From an uncultured Gammaproteobacteria bacterium (GTDB lineage Bacteria; Patescibacteriota; Patescibacteriia; UBA2196): DNA of 64,000 bases. The stretch is taken from contig CAYSXS010000003.1 of assembly GCA_964435065.1 (NCBI GenBank), positions 767 through 64,766 of the forward strand, read 5' to 3'. Of the stretch, positions 10,299 through 20,201 are shown in pieces. Both the position numbers and the translations under genes were made by a program. A model generated the notes under the pieces. The model was not told the origin of the DNA and did no database searches. It worked only from the letters and a program-made list of their open reading frames with translations. Positions within the stretch are counted from its first letter, which is position 1. Every line of letters begins with the position of its first letter.

Positions 10299-12995
10299 CT
10301 AAATTCTAACAGCCTTCTCAACCTGTATATCCCCTACATTATTCAATATAATCTTATCCCTTCTAGTAACTTGTTTAGCTAAAATTAGTTTAGCGATTTC
10401 ATTCTCAATTTTATCCTGGATAACCCTACGTAAAGGACGTGCTCCAAAAGCCGGGTCAAATCCAAGTTCAGCTATTTCTGCTACAGCCTGTTCTGTAAAC
10501 ACAAATTCCATACCTTTTTCTGAAAGATTTTTAGCTAAGCCATTTAACATTAAAACTGTAATTTGTTTTACATCATCTGTGGATAAAGGCTTAAACACAA
10601 TTACACCATCAAAACGATTAATTAATTCGGGCTTGAAATGTTTACCTAATTTTGTATCAATTAATTCTTCTTTAATATCCTCTATATCCCTATTCTCTCT
10701 CAAACCTTTCTGAATCAATTCAGAACCAGCATTTGATGTTCCAATTATGATTGTATTAGTAAAATCTATTGTTTCTCCATTTGAATCTGTTAATCTTCCA
10801 TCTTCCATAACTTGTAAGAAAAGATTATGTACTTCAGGATCAGCTTTTTCAAGCTCATCAAGTAAAACTAAAGCAAAAGGTCTTTCTTTGACTTGGTTAG
10901 TTAAATATCCACCACGCATATCTCCTGCCTGCCCAATAAGTTTGGGTAAAGCATCAACAGCTCCATATTCTGACATGTCTAAACGAATCATATTAGATTC
11001 ACCTCCAAAATATATTTGAGATAATGTTTTAGCAACTTCTGTTTTACCAACACCAGTTGGTCCAAGAAACAAGAAAGAAGCAATTGGTCTTTTACCAGTA
11101 CGTAAATTAGCCCTAGCCCTACGTAAAGCTTCTGCAATATATTTTACTCCTTCAACCTGATCAACCACCCTTTTATGCATTTCCTCTTCTAGATTCAATA
11201 GTTTCTGTGATTCAATCTCTGTTACTTTAGTAACAGGAACTTTTGTAATTTTTGAAACAACTTTAGCAACATCTTCTGCATCAACTAATGCTTTTTCTCC
11301 TTTTTCTTGTCGTACAGTTTGTGCAACCTGCTCCAATATTGTAACTGCTTTAGCAGGTAAGTTTAGATTATGTATATATTTAATTGAAAAATCTATTGTT
11401 GCTTCCAAAGCCTGATAAGTAAAATATATCCCATATTTATTCTCAAAAATTGGTGCTTTAGATTCTAGAATCCGAATAGCTTGGTTTCTTTCTGGTTCAA
11501 CAACATCTACTTTAGCTAAAACCCTAGCTAAAGATGTTTGACTTAAATGTTTTTTAAACTTATCTTCGTCTGTAGCTGCAACTAACAAAAAGTATCCTTT
11601 TTGTAATTCACCAGATAACATTTCTGCTAAATCCAAACTTTCAGAAGTTTCTGTTCCCAAACCAACCAAAGAATCAATGTTATCAATAACTAAAATAATA
11701 TTACCTGCTCTTCTAACTTCTTTTAACACAGCCAATAGCCTGGCCTCAATCGCCCCTGGTTTATCAGCTCCTGCAACTAAAGCAGAAACAGACAAACGAA
11801 CCAGTCTTTTATCTTGAAAAACTTTTGGAACTTCTTCAGCAGCCATTAACTCTGCTAGGCTGTCTATAACAAAAGACTTTCCTGTACCTGGTTTACCTAC
11901 CAACATAACACCAGATCTACCAGAATTAAAAAATGAAAAGAGATTTTTTAATTCTTTTTCTTTACCAATAGTTGGTTCTAAATATCCTAATCTAGCATAT
12001 TGAGTTAAATCTTCTGAAAATTGATCTAAAAAAGGAGAAGCTACTGCTGTATATGCTTTATTAACTTGTCCTTTAGGTTTTAGAACAGCCCTTTGTTGTA
12101 AACCACGCCAGCGTTTAGAAATGATGGTTTGAACACGAGACCATTCAACCATATTTTCTAATTTAATATCATCTATTTCTAAATCAAACAAAACTTCCTG
12201 TGCTAAACCCTGTACTTTAGATAAAGCAACTAAAACCTCCTCTACACCAACATATTCCTGTTTTGTATTGTATGCTTCTATATATGCTAGAAGAAATGCT
12301 TTAATTGATTCTTGATCTATACCCTCTCCTCCTTTAACCTGAGAAAAATCCTTTTCCAAACGTTCTTTTAAACTTTTAGTATCAATACCCAAACGGAAAA
12401 AATATGCTCTAATTTTTGATTCTTGCAAAATTGAATGTAAAAGATGAATTGGCCTTAAAGGTTGTTGTAAATCTATTGATTTTAAATATGATTTTTCAAT
12501 CAAACTTAAAGCTTCAAAAGAAAAGGCCTCCGCAATATTAATTTTCTCTAATTTTGATTCTCCCCAAACATCTTGTTCGTCAATATCTGTTTTCTCTTCT
12601 TCTGTTTTATCTATTAATTTTTTAATAACTTTATGCTCTCCTGATTTTTCACTAGACATTCTATAGAAAATATATGTTGCAACTAAAATTACTAACCAAA
12701 ACAAAGAAAGAATAATATGTTGTTTAACAAAAAAATCAAAAAAGTCTCCTCCATCACGAAGATATGTATAAAGGAAATATATTACAACTAAAAATCCTAA
12801 GGTACAGAAAGTAAATAACAAGATATCAATAATCTTCTTAATTGTCTTCCACAATCTTTGATTGTAAATATATGAACGAGAAAGATTTTTTTGCCAAAAC
12901 AAAACCTTATCCATTAAAGGTAGTGAAAATCGTATACCTTTACATACAGGACAGTTATTATCTTTTCCTTCGCAATGTGAACAAGTTATATACAT
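10299..12995 (-). CDS. Membrane-anchored ClpA/B/C-family AAA+ ATPase
   Basis: N-terminal CxxC/CxxC and 2 TM, Clp N-domain, Walker A GKPGTGKS and GPTGVGKT, GARPLRR. Confidence 0.9.
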   Translation of the reverse strand: MYITCSHCEGKDNNCPVCKGIRFSLPLMDKVLFWQKNLSRSYIYNQRLWKTIKKIIDILLFTFCTLGFLVVIYFLYTYLRDGGDFFDFFVKQHIILSLFWLVILVATYIFYRMSSEKSGEHKVIKKLIDKTEEEKTDIDEQDVWGESKLEKINIAEAFSFEALSLIEKSYLKSIDLQQPLRPIHLLHSILQESKIRAYFFRLGIDTKSLKERLEKDFSQVKGGEGIDQESIKAFLLAYIEAYNTKQEYVGVEEVLVALSKVQGLAQEVLFDLEIDDIKLENMVEWSRVQTIISKRWRGLQQRAVLKPKGQVNKAYTAVASPFLDQFSEDLTQYARLGYLEPTIGKEKELKNLFSFFNSGRSGVMLVGKPGTGKSFVIDSLAELMAAEEVPKVFQDKRLVRLSVSALVAGADKPGAIEARLLAVLKEVRRAGNIILVIDNIDSLVGLGTETSESLDLAEMLSGELQKGYFLLVAATDEDKFKKHLSQTSLARVLAKVDVVEPERNQAIRILESKAPIFENKYGIYFTYQALEATIDFSIKYIHNLNLPAKAVTILEQVAQTVRQEKGEKALVDAEDVAKVVSKITKVPVTKVTEIESQKLLNLEEEMHKRVVDQVEGVKYIAEALRRARANLRTGKRPIASFLFLGPTGVGKTEVAKTLSQIYFGGESNMIRLDMSEYGAVDALPKLIGQAGDMRGGYLTNQVKERPFALVLLDELEKADPEVHNLFLQVMEDGRLTDSNGETIDFTNTIIIGTSNAGSELIQKGLRENRDIEDIKEELIDTKLGKHFKPELINRFDGVIVFKPLSTDDVKQITVLMLNGLAKNLSEKGMEFVFTEQAVAEIAELGFDPAFGARPLRRVIQDKIENEIAKLILAKQVTRRDKIILNNVGDIQVEKAVRI

Positions 12996-12998
12996 ATA

Positions 12999-13364
12999 TT
13001 AAAAACTTTGAACCAACATATATATTACAAATATTGGTAGTAGGATATATATTAGGAAGAGAGTAAAATAAAAAGCAAGCCAAAGAAAAAAGGCTGCTGT
13101 TTTATACACTAACATTATTATTCTAATAAAAAAACTAATAAATCTACTCAAAATATCATAAAAACCATACATTGGAACAAATATATTTTTTAACCAAATT
13201 CTTAAAGCCAATCTTCGCTCAACACCCCTCATTTGTTTTAAAAAAACAAAAAACCTTTCCTTTAACCCTACTGTATACCACCATATTGGAAAGTATATTA
13301 AATCGCCCACAATTTTGAGCGAGATAAACTTAAAGGTACTTGTTACGATACTTTCTTTATGCAT
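12999..13364 (-). CDS. Hypothetical membrane protein adjacent to the Clp ATPase
   Basis: YFPIWWY, hydrophobic C-terminus; 3 nt gap to the Clp gene. Confidence 0.75.
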   Translation of the reverse strand: MHKESIVTSTFKFISLKIVGDLIYFPIWWYTVGLKERFFVFLKQMRGVERRLALRIWLKNIFVPMYGFYDILSRFISFFIRIIMLVYKTAAFFLWLAFYFTLFLIYILLPIFVIYMLVQSF

Positions 13365-13390
13365 GACTTAATTATATCATAAAAACGAAT

Positions 13391-13446
13391 AAAAAATAAA
13401 AAACCACCCAGGTGTCATGGTACTATAGAGTAACACCTGAATGGCT
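13391..13446 (-). terminator. Intrinsic terminator
   Basis: Minus strand AGCCATTCAGGTGTTA...TGACACCTGGGTGGTT followed by a T-rich tract. Confidence 0.75.
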
Positions 13447-13467
13447 GCTTCTTTGATGTGTCATATC

Positions 13468-13623
13468 TCAATCCTCTGCTGTTTCGTTTACAAAAAAGAG
13501 GCCATTTTGAAATTCGACTCGAAAACCCAATTCAATAACAAAAAAATCTACTATTTTTTCGAGTTTTTTCATCCCCCGATAACCTCTATTACACGCACTA
13601 TAAAATAGTTCCGAAAAGAACAT
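13468..13623 (-). CDS. Small 51-aa ORF (MFFSELFYSACNRGYRGMKKLEKIVDFFVIELGFRVEFQNGLFFVNETAED), not in ORF track
   Basis: Manual translation; AGAGGGA before ATG and terminator downstream. Confidence 0.5.
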   Translation of the reverse strand: MFFSELFYSACNRGYRGMKKLEKIVDFFVIELGFRVEFQNGLFFVNETAED

Positions 13624-13660
13624 TTTCTTCCTCCTATTAACAGATTATTAAAAGCACTAT

Positions 13661-14767
13661 CTACAAGTTATTTCTACTTATATTATCTCTTATTCTATTC
13701 ATCAAGTCAAGATAAAACTTAATGTTGTTTAAACTAGCCAATCTTAGAGCTAAGGGCTCTTTAGCCTTAAATAGATGATGTAAGTAGCCTAATGAATATT
13801 CTACTAAATTTTCTTTATTTATACTCTCTGTAGATTCTCTATATTTTGCATTATTAATATTAATAACTTCATAAAACTTACCTGTTAACTTATTGTTCTT
13901 AAATCTATACAATCTACCATGCCTAGCCTCTCTAGTAGGAATCACACAATCAAACATGTCTACACCTTGTTTAACAGATTCAATAATATTTTCTGGTTTT
14001 CCAACACCCATTAAATATCTAGGTAAATCTTCTGAAACTTTAGGAATGGTATATTTTAAAACCTTATACATTAAATCGTTAGACTCACCTACCGCTAAAC
14101 CACCTATGGCCAAACCATCAAAGCCTAAACCTGATAAGAACTTAGCAGATTTTATCCTCAAATCTTTATACACAGATCCTTGAATAATACCAAATAGCAA
14201 ATTTTTGTTTTTTGATTTCTTTTTATGATACTCTAAAGATTTTTCAGCCCACAAATGCGTTAATTCTAAATCTTTTTCTGCTTGTTCTTTAGAACAAGGA
14301 TGTGGAGAACAAACATCTAAAACCATTTTAATGTCAGAATTGATAACATCTTGTATCTCCTGAACTTTTTCAGGAGTAAACATGTGTTTGGACCCATCAA
14401 TAAAAGATTTAAATTCTACACCCTTTTTGGATAATTTACGCAAACTATTCCCTTTTCTTGTTCTTTCAGATAAAGAAAAAACTTGATAACCTCCACTATC
14501 AGTAAGAATAGGTCCATTCCAATTCATAAGACCATGTAAACCTTTAAATTTCTTTAAAACCTTTAATCCTGGTTGTAGATATAGGTGGTAGGTATTAGAT
14601 AATATTATTTGTGAATCCAAATCTAACATATCATTGCCACTTAAAGTTTTAACAGAACCTTTGGTGGCAATGGGCATGAAAAAAGGAGTTTTAATTTTAC
14701 CGTGAATGGTTTCTAGCTCCCCCAACCTGGTCTTAGATTTTTTTGATTTTTTTATTATATTAAACAT
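13661..14767 (-). CDS. tgt: tRNA-guanine transglycosylase
   Basis: NTYHLYLQPG, LTDSGGYQVFSL, GGLAVGE, DMFDCVIPTR. Confidence 0.97.
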   Translation of the reverse strand: MFNIIKKSKKSKTRLGELETIHGKIKTPFFMPIATKGSVKTLSGNDMLDLDSQIILSNTYHLYLQPGLKVLKKFKGLHGLMNWNGPILTDSGGYQVFSLSERTRKGNSLRKLSKKGVEFKSFIDGSKHMFTPEKVQEIQDVINSDIKMVLDVCSPHPCSKEQAEKDLELTHLWAEKSLEYHKKKSKNKNLLFGIIQGSVYKDLRIKSAKFLSGLGFDGLAIGGLAVGESNDLMYKVLKYTIPKVSEDLPRYLMGVGKPENIIESVKQGVDMFDCVIPTREARHGRLYRFKNNKLTGKFYEVININNAKYRESTESINKENLVEYSLGYLHHLFKAKEPLALRLASLNNIKFYLDLMNRIRDNISRNNL

Positions 14768-15401
14768 AATTTTTTAAAAAATTTTCAGTTAAAAGCTGTT
14801 TTTCTAAAACTTCATTTAGAAATATCTGCGAATCTTTAAATATTAATTTCAAATCTTTAGAATTAATCTTTTCTTTTAAAAATTCCTCTGTTGGTAGATA
14901 TATTATTTTCTTAATCAAATTAAATTCATTTGAATTCTCTACTTTCTTAAATAACGGACTAAAACCAGACAAAGCCAAAAACTTATATATGTATATTATC
15001 CTTAATATAGATAAATCCGAATTATCTGACTTTGATATTTTATTTAAAAAATTTAAAAGTAATTCAAATATCTTTATATCCTCATGACTATTTTCTGTAG
15101 CTTGTTCAACTATTTCTAAAAAATACATCCCATAAGCTGTTTTAATTACATCGTTCTTTATATCTGAAAAACTGGAGCTAATTACAGCCCCAGTTAGTTT
15201 ATCTAAAGTCTTACCTTTTACCCATTCAATGTCCACCAAACTGATTGGTTCAACGTGCCCAGCCATCTTACTCTTAATTTTCTTTGCTCCTACAGCCTGT
15301 AAAACAATCTTACCGTATTTCTCAGTATATATTGTAATTAGCAAATCATCTTCACGAAAAGTCTTTCGTGATAACACGATAGCTTTATCTTTGTGGTACA
15401 T
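14760..15401 (-). CDS. recO: DNA repair protein RecO
   Basis: AIVLSRKTFREDDLLITIYTEKYGKI...GAKKIKSK OB-fold N-terminus. Confidence 0.9.
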   Translation of the reverse strand: MYHKDKAIVLSRKTFREDDLLITIYTEKYGKIVLQAVGAKKIKSKMAGHVEPISLVDIEWVKGKTLDKLTGAVISSSFSDIKNDVIKTAYGMYFLEIVEQATENSHEDIKIFELLLNFLNKISKSDNSDLSILRIIYIYKFLALSGFSPLFKKVENSNEFNLIKKIIYLPTEEFLKEKINSKDLKLIFKDSQIFLNEVLEKQLLTENFLKNYV

Positions 15402-15403
15402 AT

Positions 15404-18247
15404 CTATTTTTTATCAATTCCCAATCCAACTTCTATATTATTTACTTTAACTTTTTCTAAATCATCACTCACAGATAATTCATCAGCTAAAGTTTGTTTC
15501 TTTAAATCTTCACCAAACTTTTCAAATACAGCCTTTAGTGTCTCATCTGATGTATTATATTTAATTCCTATCTTATCACCAATAGTTAAACCTGTTTTCT
15601 TACGTAAATTATTAATTGTACGTACTAATTCACGTAAATATCCTTCTTGTTTTAATTCTTCATTAATTTCAGTATCTAGTTCTACAGATAAATCTTCATT
15701 TCCTTCAACACACACTACTTCTTTTACATTAACTTCATCTTTAATTAATTCTAAATACTCATCTTCTAATTTACAATTCTTAACTTCTAATTTCTGTAAA
15801 GGTTGTCTAACTTTTATTCCAAGCTCAGCTCTTTTGGCTAAACCTAATTCTACTACTTTACGAGTTTGCTCCATGTAATCAATAACTTTTTGATCTAAAA
15901 ATTCTTGTTTTGTTTCAGACCATTCCTCTAGATGAACAGATTCTTTTTCACCTTTAAGCTCTTTATATATATGATCAGCAGTAAAAGGCATAACTGGTGC
16001 TATAACCTTAGATAACTCTAATAAAACATACCTTAAAACTTTGAGAACCTGTACATTGTCTTCTGATTTAAATCTATCTCTTGAACGGCGCACATACCAA
16101 GTAGACAATTCATTAATAAATTCACTAACTGGCCTAGATGCTCTAATTAAATCATAATTATCATATGCTTTAGTAACATTGTTTTTTAAATCTTCTGTTT
16201 TAGCTAAAATCCATTTATCTAAAACGTTATCTACTTTATCAATATTAATATCCTCTTCACCTTTTTCAAACATTTTATAGAAAGAAAGTACGTTGTATAG
16301 GATTAATAACACCTTTTTGTATACTTCATCTACACCTTTTTCCGAAAAAGACAAATCATCAGCTTTCATAACTTGAGAAGTGGCTAAATAGTAACGTATA
16401 GCATCAGCTCCATATTTATCAATAACTTCCATTGGATCTGGATAATTATTTAAATGTTTTGACATCTTCTTCCCATCTTCAGCCAAAACCATTCCGTTAA
16501 CTATTACATTCTTGTATGCATGACTATCTTTTAAAGCTGTTGCTAAGACGTGGGTGTAATAAAACCAAGCCCTAGTTTGATCTACTCCCTCAGCAATAAA
16601 CTCAGCAGGGAAATTAGCTTCAAACTTTTCTTTATTTTCAAAAGGATAATGCATCTGTGCATAAGGCATGGATCCTGATTCAAACCAACAATCTAACACA
16701 TCTGGTACACGTTTCATGGTTCCATCACATTTTTCACACTTAAATGTGATTTTATCCATAAAATGTTTATGTAAATCTTCTATTTTCTCTCCACTGATTT
16801 TTTCTAATTCTTCAACACCACCAAAAACTCTTTTTTCTTCACATTTATCACATTGCCAAATTGGAATAACAGAACCCCAAAATCTTTGCCTAGAAATTGA
16901 CCAATCCCTAGCACCTTCTAGCCATTGACCAAACCTACCAACTTTAATATGTGAAGGAACCCAAGAAATATTTTTAGCTGTTTCTAAGGCTCTTGGCTTA
17001 ATATCTGTAACTTTTACAAACAAAGAAGATGTTGCGTAGTTTAACAAAGGACTTTCGCAACGCCAACAACTTGGGTACGAATGAGTAAATGGAATTTCTT
17101 TAAACACCAACTTCTTCTTATCTAAATATTCCAAAACTTTCTTATCAGTCGACATTGGAGCATCTTTTGGCTTAACTTCCATTCCTGCAAAATCTTTTAC
17201 ATCCTCTGTGAGTCTCCCATTTGATTTTACATGTTGAATAAATGGCAGATTTTTTTCCTTTCCTAAATTCATATCATCCTCACCAAAAGCTGGTGCAATA
17301 TGTACTACTCCAGTTCCATCCTCAACTGTTACAAAATCTGCTAAATAAATTTTGTATAAATTTTCTTTGTTCTCTATGTTTTTGTCTAAATAGTAATCAA
17401 ACAAAGAAATATATTTCTTTCCCTCAAGATCTTTGGCTTTAACTGTTTCTAAAATTTTATATTCTTTATTTTCAAAAATATTCTCCAAATTTTGTTTAGC
17501 TAGAATATATTTTTCATTTTCAGATTCAACCTTAACATATTCAATTTCCTCACCTAAAGCTAAAACCACATTTCCAGGTAATGTCCAAGGAGTTGTCGTC
17601 CAAGCTAAAATATATGTACCTGGTTCATCTTCTAATTCAAATTTAAAAATTCCTGATAAATCTTGTACATCTTGATATCCTTCAGTTACTTCATGCTGTG
17701 ATAAGGTTGTTTCACAACGTGGACATATATGCATTGATTTATATCCTTCATAAATCAAACCTTTGTCCCACAATGATTTAAATACCCACCAAATACTTTC
17801 CATATATTCTTTATCCATTGTTTTGTAATCATTATCCATATCTGCCCATCGTCCAAATCTATCAATTACTTTACGCCATTCATCGGCGTACATCATAACT
17901 TTACTGCGACAAGATTCATTAAATTTATCTATTCCAATATCTTCAATGTCTTTTTTACTCTTAGTTTCCATTTCTTGTTCAACAATATTCTCAATTGGAA
18001 GCCCATGAGTATCCCAACCCCATTTTCTATCAACATGAAAACCTTTCATAGTCCAATACCTTGGAACTATGTCTTTCATTAAACTAGCTACTATATTCCC
18101 ATAATGAGGTGTACCTGTGGCAAAAGGAGGTCCATCATAAAAAACATAGTCCCCTTTTGGACTATCTTTTTCCAAAGATTTCTTAAAAATATCCTGGTCT
18201 TGCCAGAATTTTAATATATTTTCCTCTATTTCAGGAATCTTTATCAT
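15404..18247 (-). CDS. ileS: Isoleucine--tRNA ligase (type 2)
   Basis: FYDGPPFATGTPHYG, WTTTPWTLP, EGVDQTRAWFY, KMSKH; start at MIKIPE. Confidence 0.97.
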   Translation of the reverse strand: MIKIPEIEENILKFWQDQDIFKKSLEKDSPKGDYVFYDGPPFATGTPHYGNIVASLMKDIVPRYWTMKGFHVDRKWGWDTHGLPIENIVEQEMETKSKKDIEDIGIDKFNESCRSKVMMYADEWRKVIDRFGRWADMDNDYKTMDKEYMESIWWVFKSLWDKGLIYEGYKSMHICPRCETTLSQHEVTEGYQDVQDLSGIFKFELEDEPGTYILAWTTTPWTLPGNVVLALGEEIEYVKVESENEKYILAKQNLENIFENKEYKILETVKAKDLEGKKYISLFDYYLDKNIENKENLYKIYLADFVTVEDGTGVVHIAPAFGEDDMNLGKEKNLPFIQHVKSNGRLTEDVKDFAGMEVKPKDAPMSTDKKVLEYLDKKKLVFKEIPFTHSYPSCWRCESPLLNYATSSLFVKVTDIKPRALETAKNISWVPSHIKVGRFGQWLEGARDWSISRQRFWGSVIPIWQCDKCEEKRVFGGVEELEKISGEKIEDLHKHFMDKITFKCEKCDGTMKRVPDVLDCWFESGSMPYAQMHYPFENKEKFEANFPAEFIAEGVDQTRAWFYYTHVLATALKDSHAYKNVIVNGMVLAEDGKKMSKHLNNYPDPMEVIDKYGADAIRYYLATSQVMKADDLSFSEKGVDEVYKKVLLILYNVLSFYKMFEKGEEDINIDKVDNVLDKWILAKTEDLKNNVTKAYDNYDLIRASRPVSEFINELSTWYVRRSRDRFKSEDNVQVLKVLRYVLLELSKVIAPVMPFTADHIYKELKGEKESVHLEEWSETKQEFLDQKVIDYMEQTRKVVELGLAKRAELGIKVRQPLQKLEVKNCKLEDEYLELIKDEVNVKEVVCVEGNEDLSVELDTEINEELKQEGYLRELVRTINNLRKKTGLTIGDKIGIKYNTSDETLKAVFEKFGEDLKKQTLADELSVSDDLEKVKVNNIEVGLGIDKK

Positions 18248-18295
18248 ATATGTTATTTTACAAAAAAAACCTAGTTTTGGCAAATTTTAGGAAAC

Positions 18296-18318
18296 AAAAA
18301 ACAGCCAAAGCTGTTTTT
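18296..18318 (-). terminator. Intrinsic terminator after scpB
   Basis: AAAAAACAGC-caaa-GCTGTTTTT. Confidence 0.6.
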
Positions 18319-18329
18319 AACTAAACTTC

Positions 18330-18902
18330 TTATTCATGTACGGCATCAACCATTTTCTTTTCTTTGTCTTCGTCTCTTGAAAGTAAGCTTTCTATTGTTT
18401 CATGGCTAGACAATTTATTATAGTCTGGTAATTGAGATATCTCAGTTAAACCTAAAAATCTTACAAAATCTGGTGTTACATTATATACTGTAGTTTGTAT
18501 TTTTTTATCTAATCTAGCTTCTACTAATCCTCTCATTAAAAGATTACGTAAAATTAAAGAACAGTTAACTCCCCTAATTTGTTCTAACTCCATTTTAGTT
18601 ACTGGTCCCCTATATGCAATAATAGTCAAAGTTTCCAATTGTGGTCTAGTCATTTCTCCAGTTAACTCTTCTTTTAAGAATTTTTCTATGATTTCTGAAG
18701 AATCTTTATCGGTAGCCATCTGCACCTTTCCATCATGTTCAATAATCTTAATTCCTTTTTCACTTTCATTATATTCTCTTTTTAAACTTTCTATAACAGT
18801 TTCAACTTCTGCTTTTTGTCTATTACAAATTTCTGCTAACTTCTTAGAAGTTAGTGGTTTATTAGAGATAAATAGGATAGATTCAATTTGATTCTTTATC
18901 AT
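18330..18902 (-). CDS. scpB: Segregation and condensation protein B
   Basis: IESILFIS, LETLTIIAYRGPVT, IRGVNC. Confidence 0.95.
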   Translation of the reverse strand: MIKNQIESILFISNKPLTSKKLAEICNRQKAEVETVIESLKREYNESEKGIKIIEHDGKVQMATDKDSSEIIEKFLKEELTGEMTRPQLETLTIIAYRGPVTKMELEQIRGVNCSLILRNLLMRGLVEARLDKKIQTTVYNVTPDFVRFLGLTEISQLPDYNKLSSHETIESLLSRDEDKEKKMVDAVHE

Positions 18903-18980
18903 AAATTTGCTTAACTATTTATACTTCACTTTTATTTTACCTTAACTAAACTAAAAAAACAATTTATGATATACTTTAGG

Positions 18981-19014
18981 TGTAAGATTTTATATCAAAA
19001 CCTGTCTTAATATA
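18981..19014 (+). promoter_or_regulatory. Putative ECF autoregulatory promoter (leaderless)
   Basis: TGTAAGA-N16-GTCTTAATATA running directly into the sigma ATG; same motif recurs at 20330. Confidence 0.6.
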
Positions 19015-19541
19015 TGAAGCAAAATAAAGAATTACTTAAAAAAATTAATCAGGGCGATAGTGACGCTTTTGAGCAAGTTTATGATCTTTATATAAAAAAA
19101 ATATATAGATATATTTATTACAAAATCAATTCGCATACGCAAACAGAAGACTTGACTAGTGAAGTATTTTGCCGAAGTTGGCAATATATTTCCCAAGGTA
19201 AAAAAATTGATAATCTCAATGCGTTTATATATAAAATTGCGCATAACCTAGTTGTTGATTTCTATGCTCAAAAAGAAAAAACTCCCATAGAATTAAACCA
19301 AGAATTAAAAGAATCGATTCCTGAAAAGAAAGATTTTACTGAAAAAATAAGTATAAATTTTGAGATAGAGGAAATAAAAAAGGTAATAAAACAACTTCCC
19401 CCTTCATACCAAGAAGTAATCGCTTTACGATATTTAGATGAATTATCTATTTCAGAAATAAGTAAAGCATTAAATAAATCAAAAAATTCGATTTATGTCC
19501 TAATTCACCGCAGTTTAAAAGCTTTAAAAAATATAATATAA
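19014..19541 (+). CDS. ECF RNA polymerase sigma factor
   Basis: GDSDAFEQVY, EDLTSEVF, region 4 LPPSYQEVIALRY...IHRSLKALK. Confidence 0.95.
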   Translation: MKQNKELLKKINQGDSDAFEQVYDLYIKKIYRYIYYKINSHTQTEDLTSEVFCRSWQYISQGKKIDNLNAFIYKIAHNLVVDFYAQKEKTPIELNQELKESIPEKKDFTEKISINFEIEEIKKVIKQLPPSYQEVIALRYLDELSISEISKALNKSKNSIYVLIHRSLKALKNII

Positions 19542-19555
19542 TTAATCAAAAATCT

Positions 19556-20194
19556 ATGCAACAAACAAATCAAACAAACCAAGAAGTTCAGCTTGAACCT
19601 CAACCAAAATCAAGTAAGACATTATTAATTGTCATTATTGCCATTTTAATTACAGCTATTGTAGTTGGCTTAGTAATGTATTTTGTAATGGCTAAAACTA
19701 GCAATAATAAAATCGAACTACAAAAAAAGATAGAATCTCTAGAAAAACAAATTTTATCTCAAAAAGGACAAGGCGAGGGCGGAATCTATAAAAAAGAAAA
19801 TGACGAATCTGATGACTGGCAGATATATCATGATAAAACATATGGATTTAGTTTTGAATATCCCCAAGAATGGCTTACAAATAAAAATGACAATGAAATT
19901 GTTCTACAATCAGCCGACGATAAACAAAGTATTCATATAAAAATCTTATTAAATTATGAGGGTTCCTTGGAAGATTGGAAAAATACACAAGCCAGCTCAG
20001 AGGTTTTAACATCAGAGAAAGATATTTTAGTTGATGGTATTGAGGCAAAATCAATTGAGTATTTTGGAATGCTCCCGTGGTATGGAGCTACTGGTGTAAA
20101 ATATAACGGAAATTTGTATCAAATTATAATTTTTGACAATGGGCTTGATAATATTTACAACCAAATCCTCTCTACTTTAAAATTCACAGACTAA
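19556..20194 (+). CDS. Single-TM exported protein with PsbP-like domain
   Basis: TM, coiled coil, WQIYHDKTYGFSFEYPQEW...YNQILSTLKF. Confidence 0.7.
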   Translation: MQQTNQTNQEVQLEPQPKSSKTLLIVIIAILITAIVVGLVMYFVMAKTSNNKIELQKKIESLEKQILSQKGQGEGGIYKKENDESDDWQIYHDKTYGFSFEYPQEWLTNKNDNEIVLQSADDKQSIHIKILLNYEGSLEDWKNTQASSEVLTSEKDILVDGIEAKSIEYFGMLPWYGATGVKYNGNLYQIIIFDNGLDNIYNQILSTLKFTD

Positions 20195-20201
20195 TTCAAA
20201 T

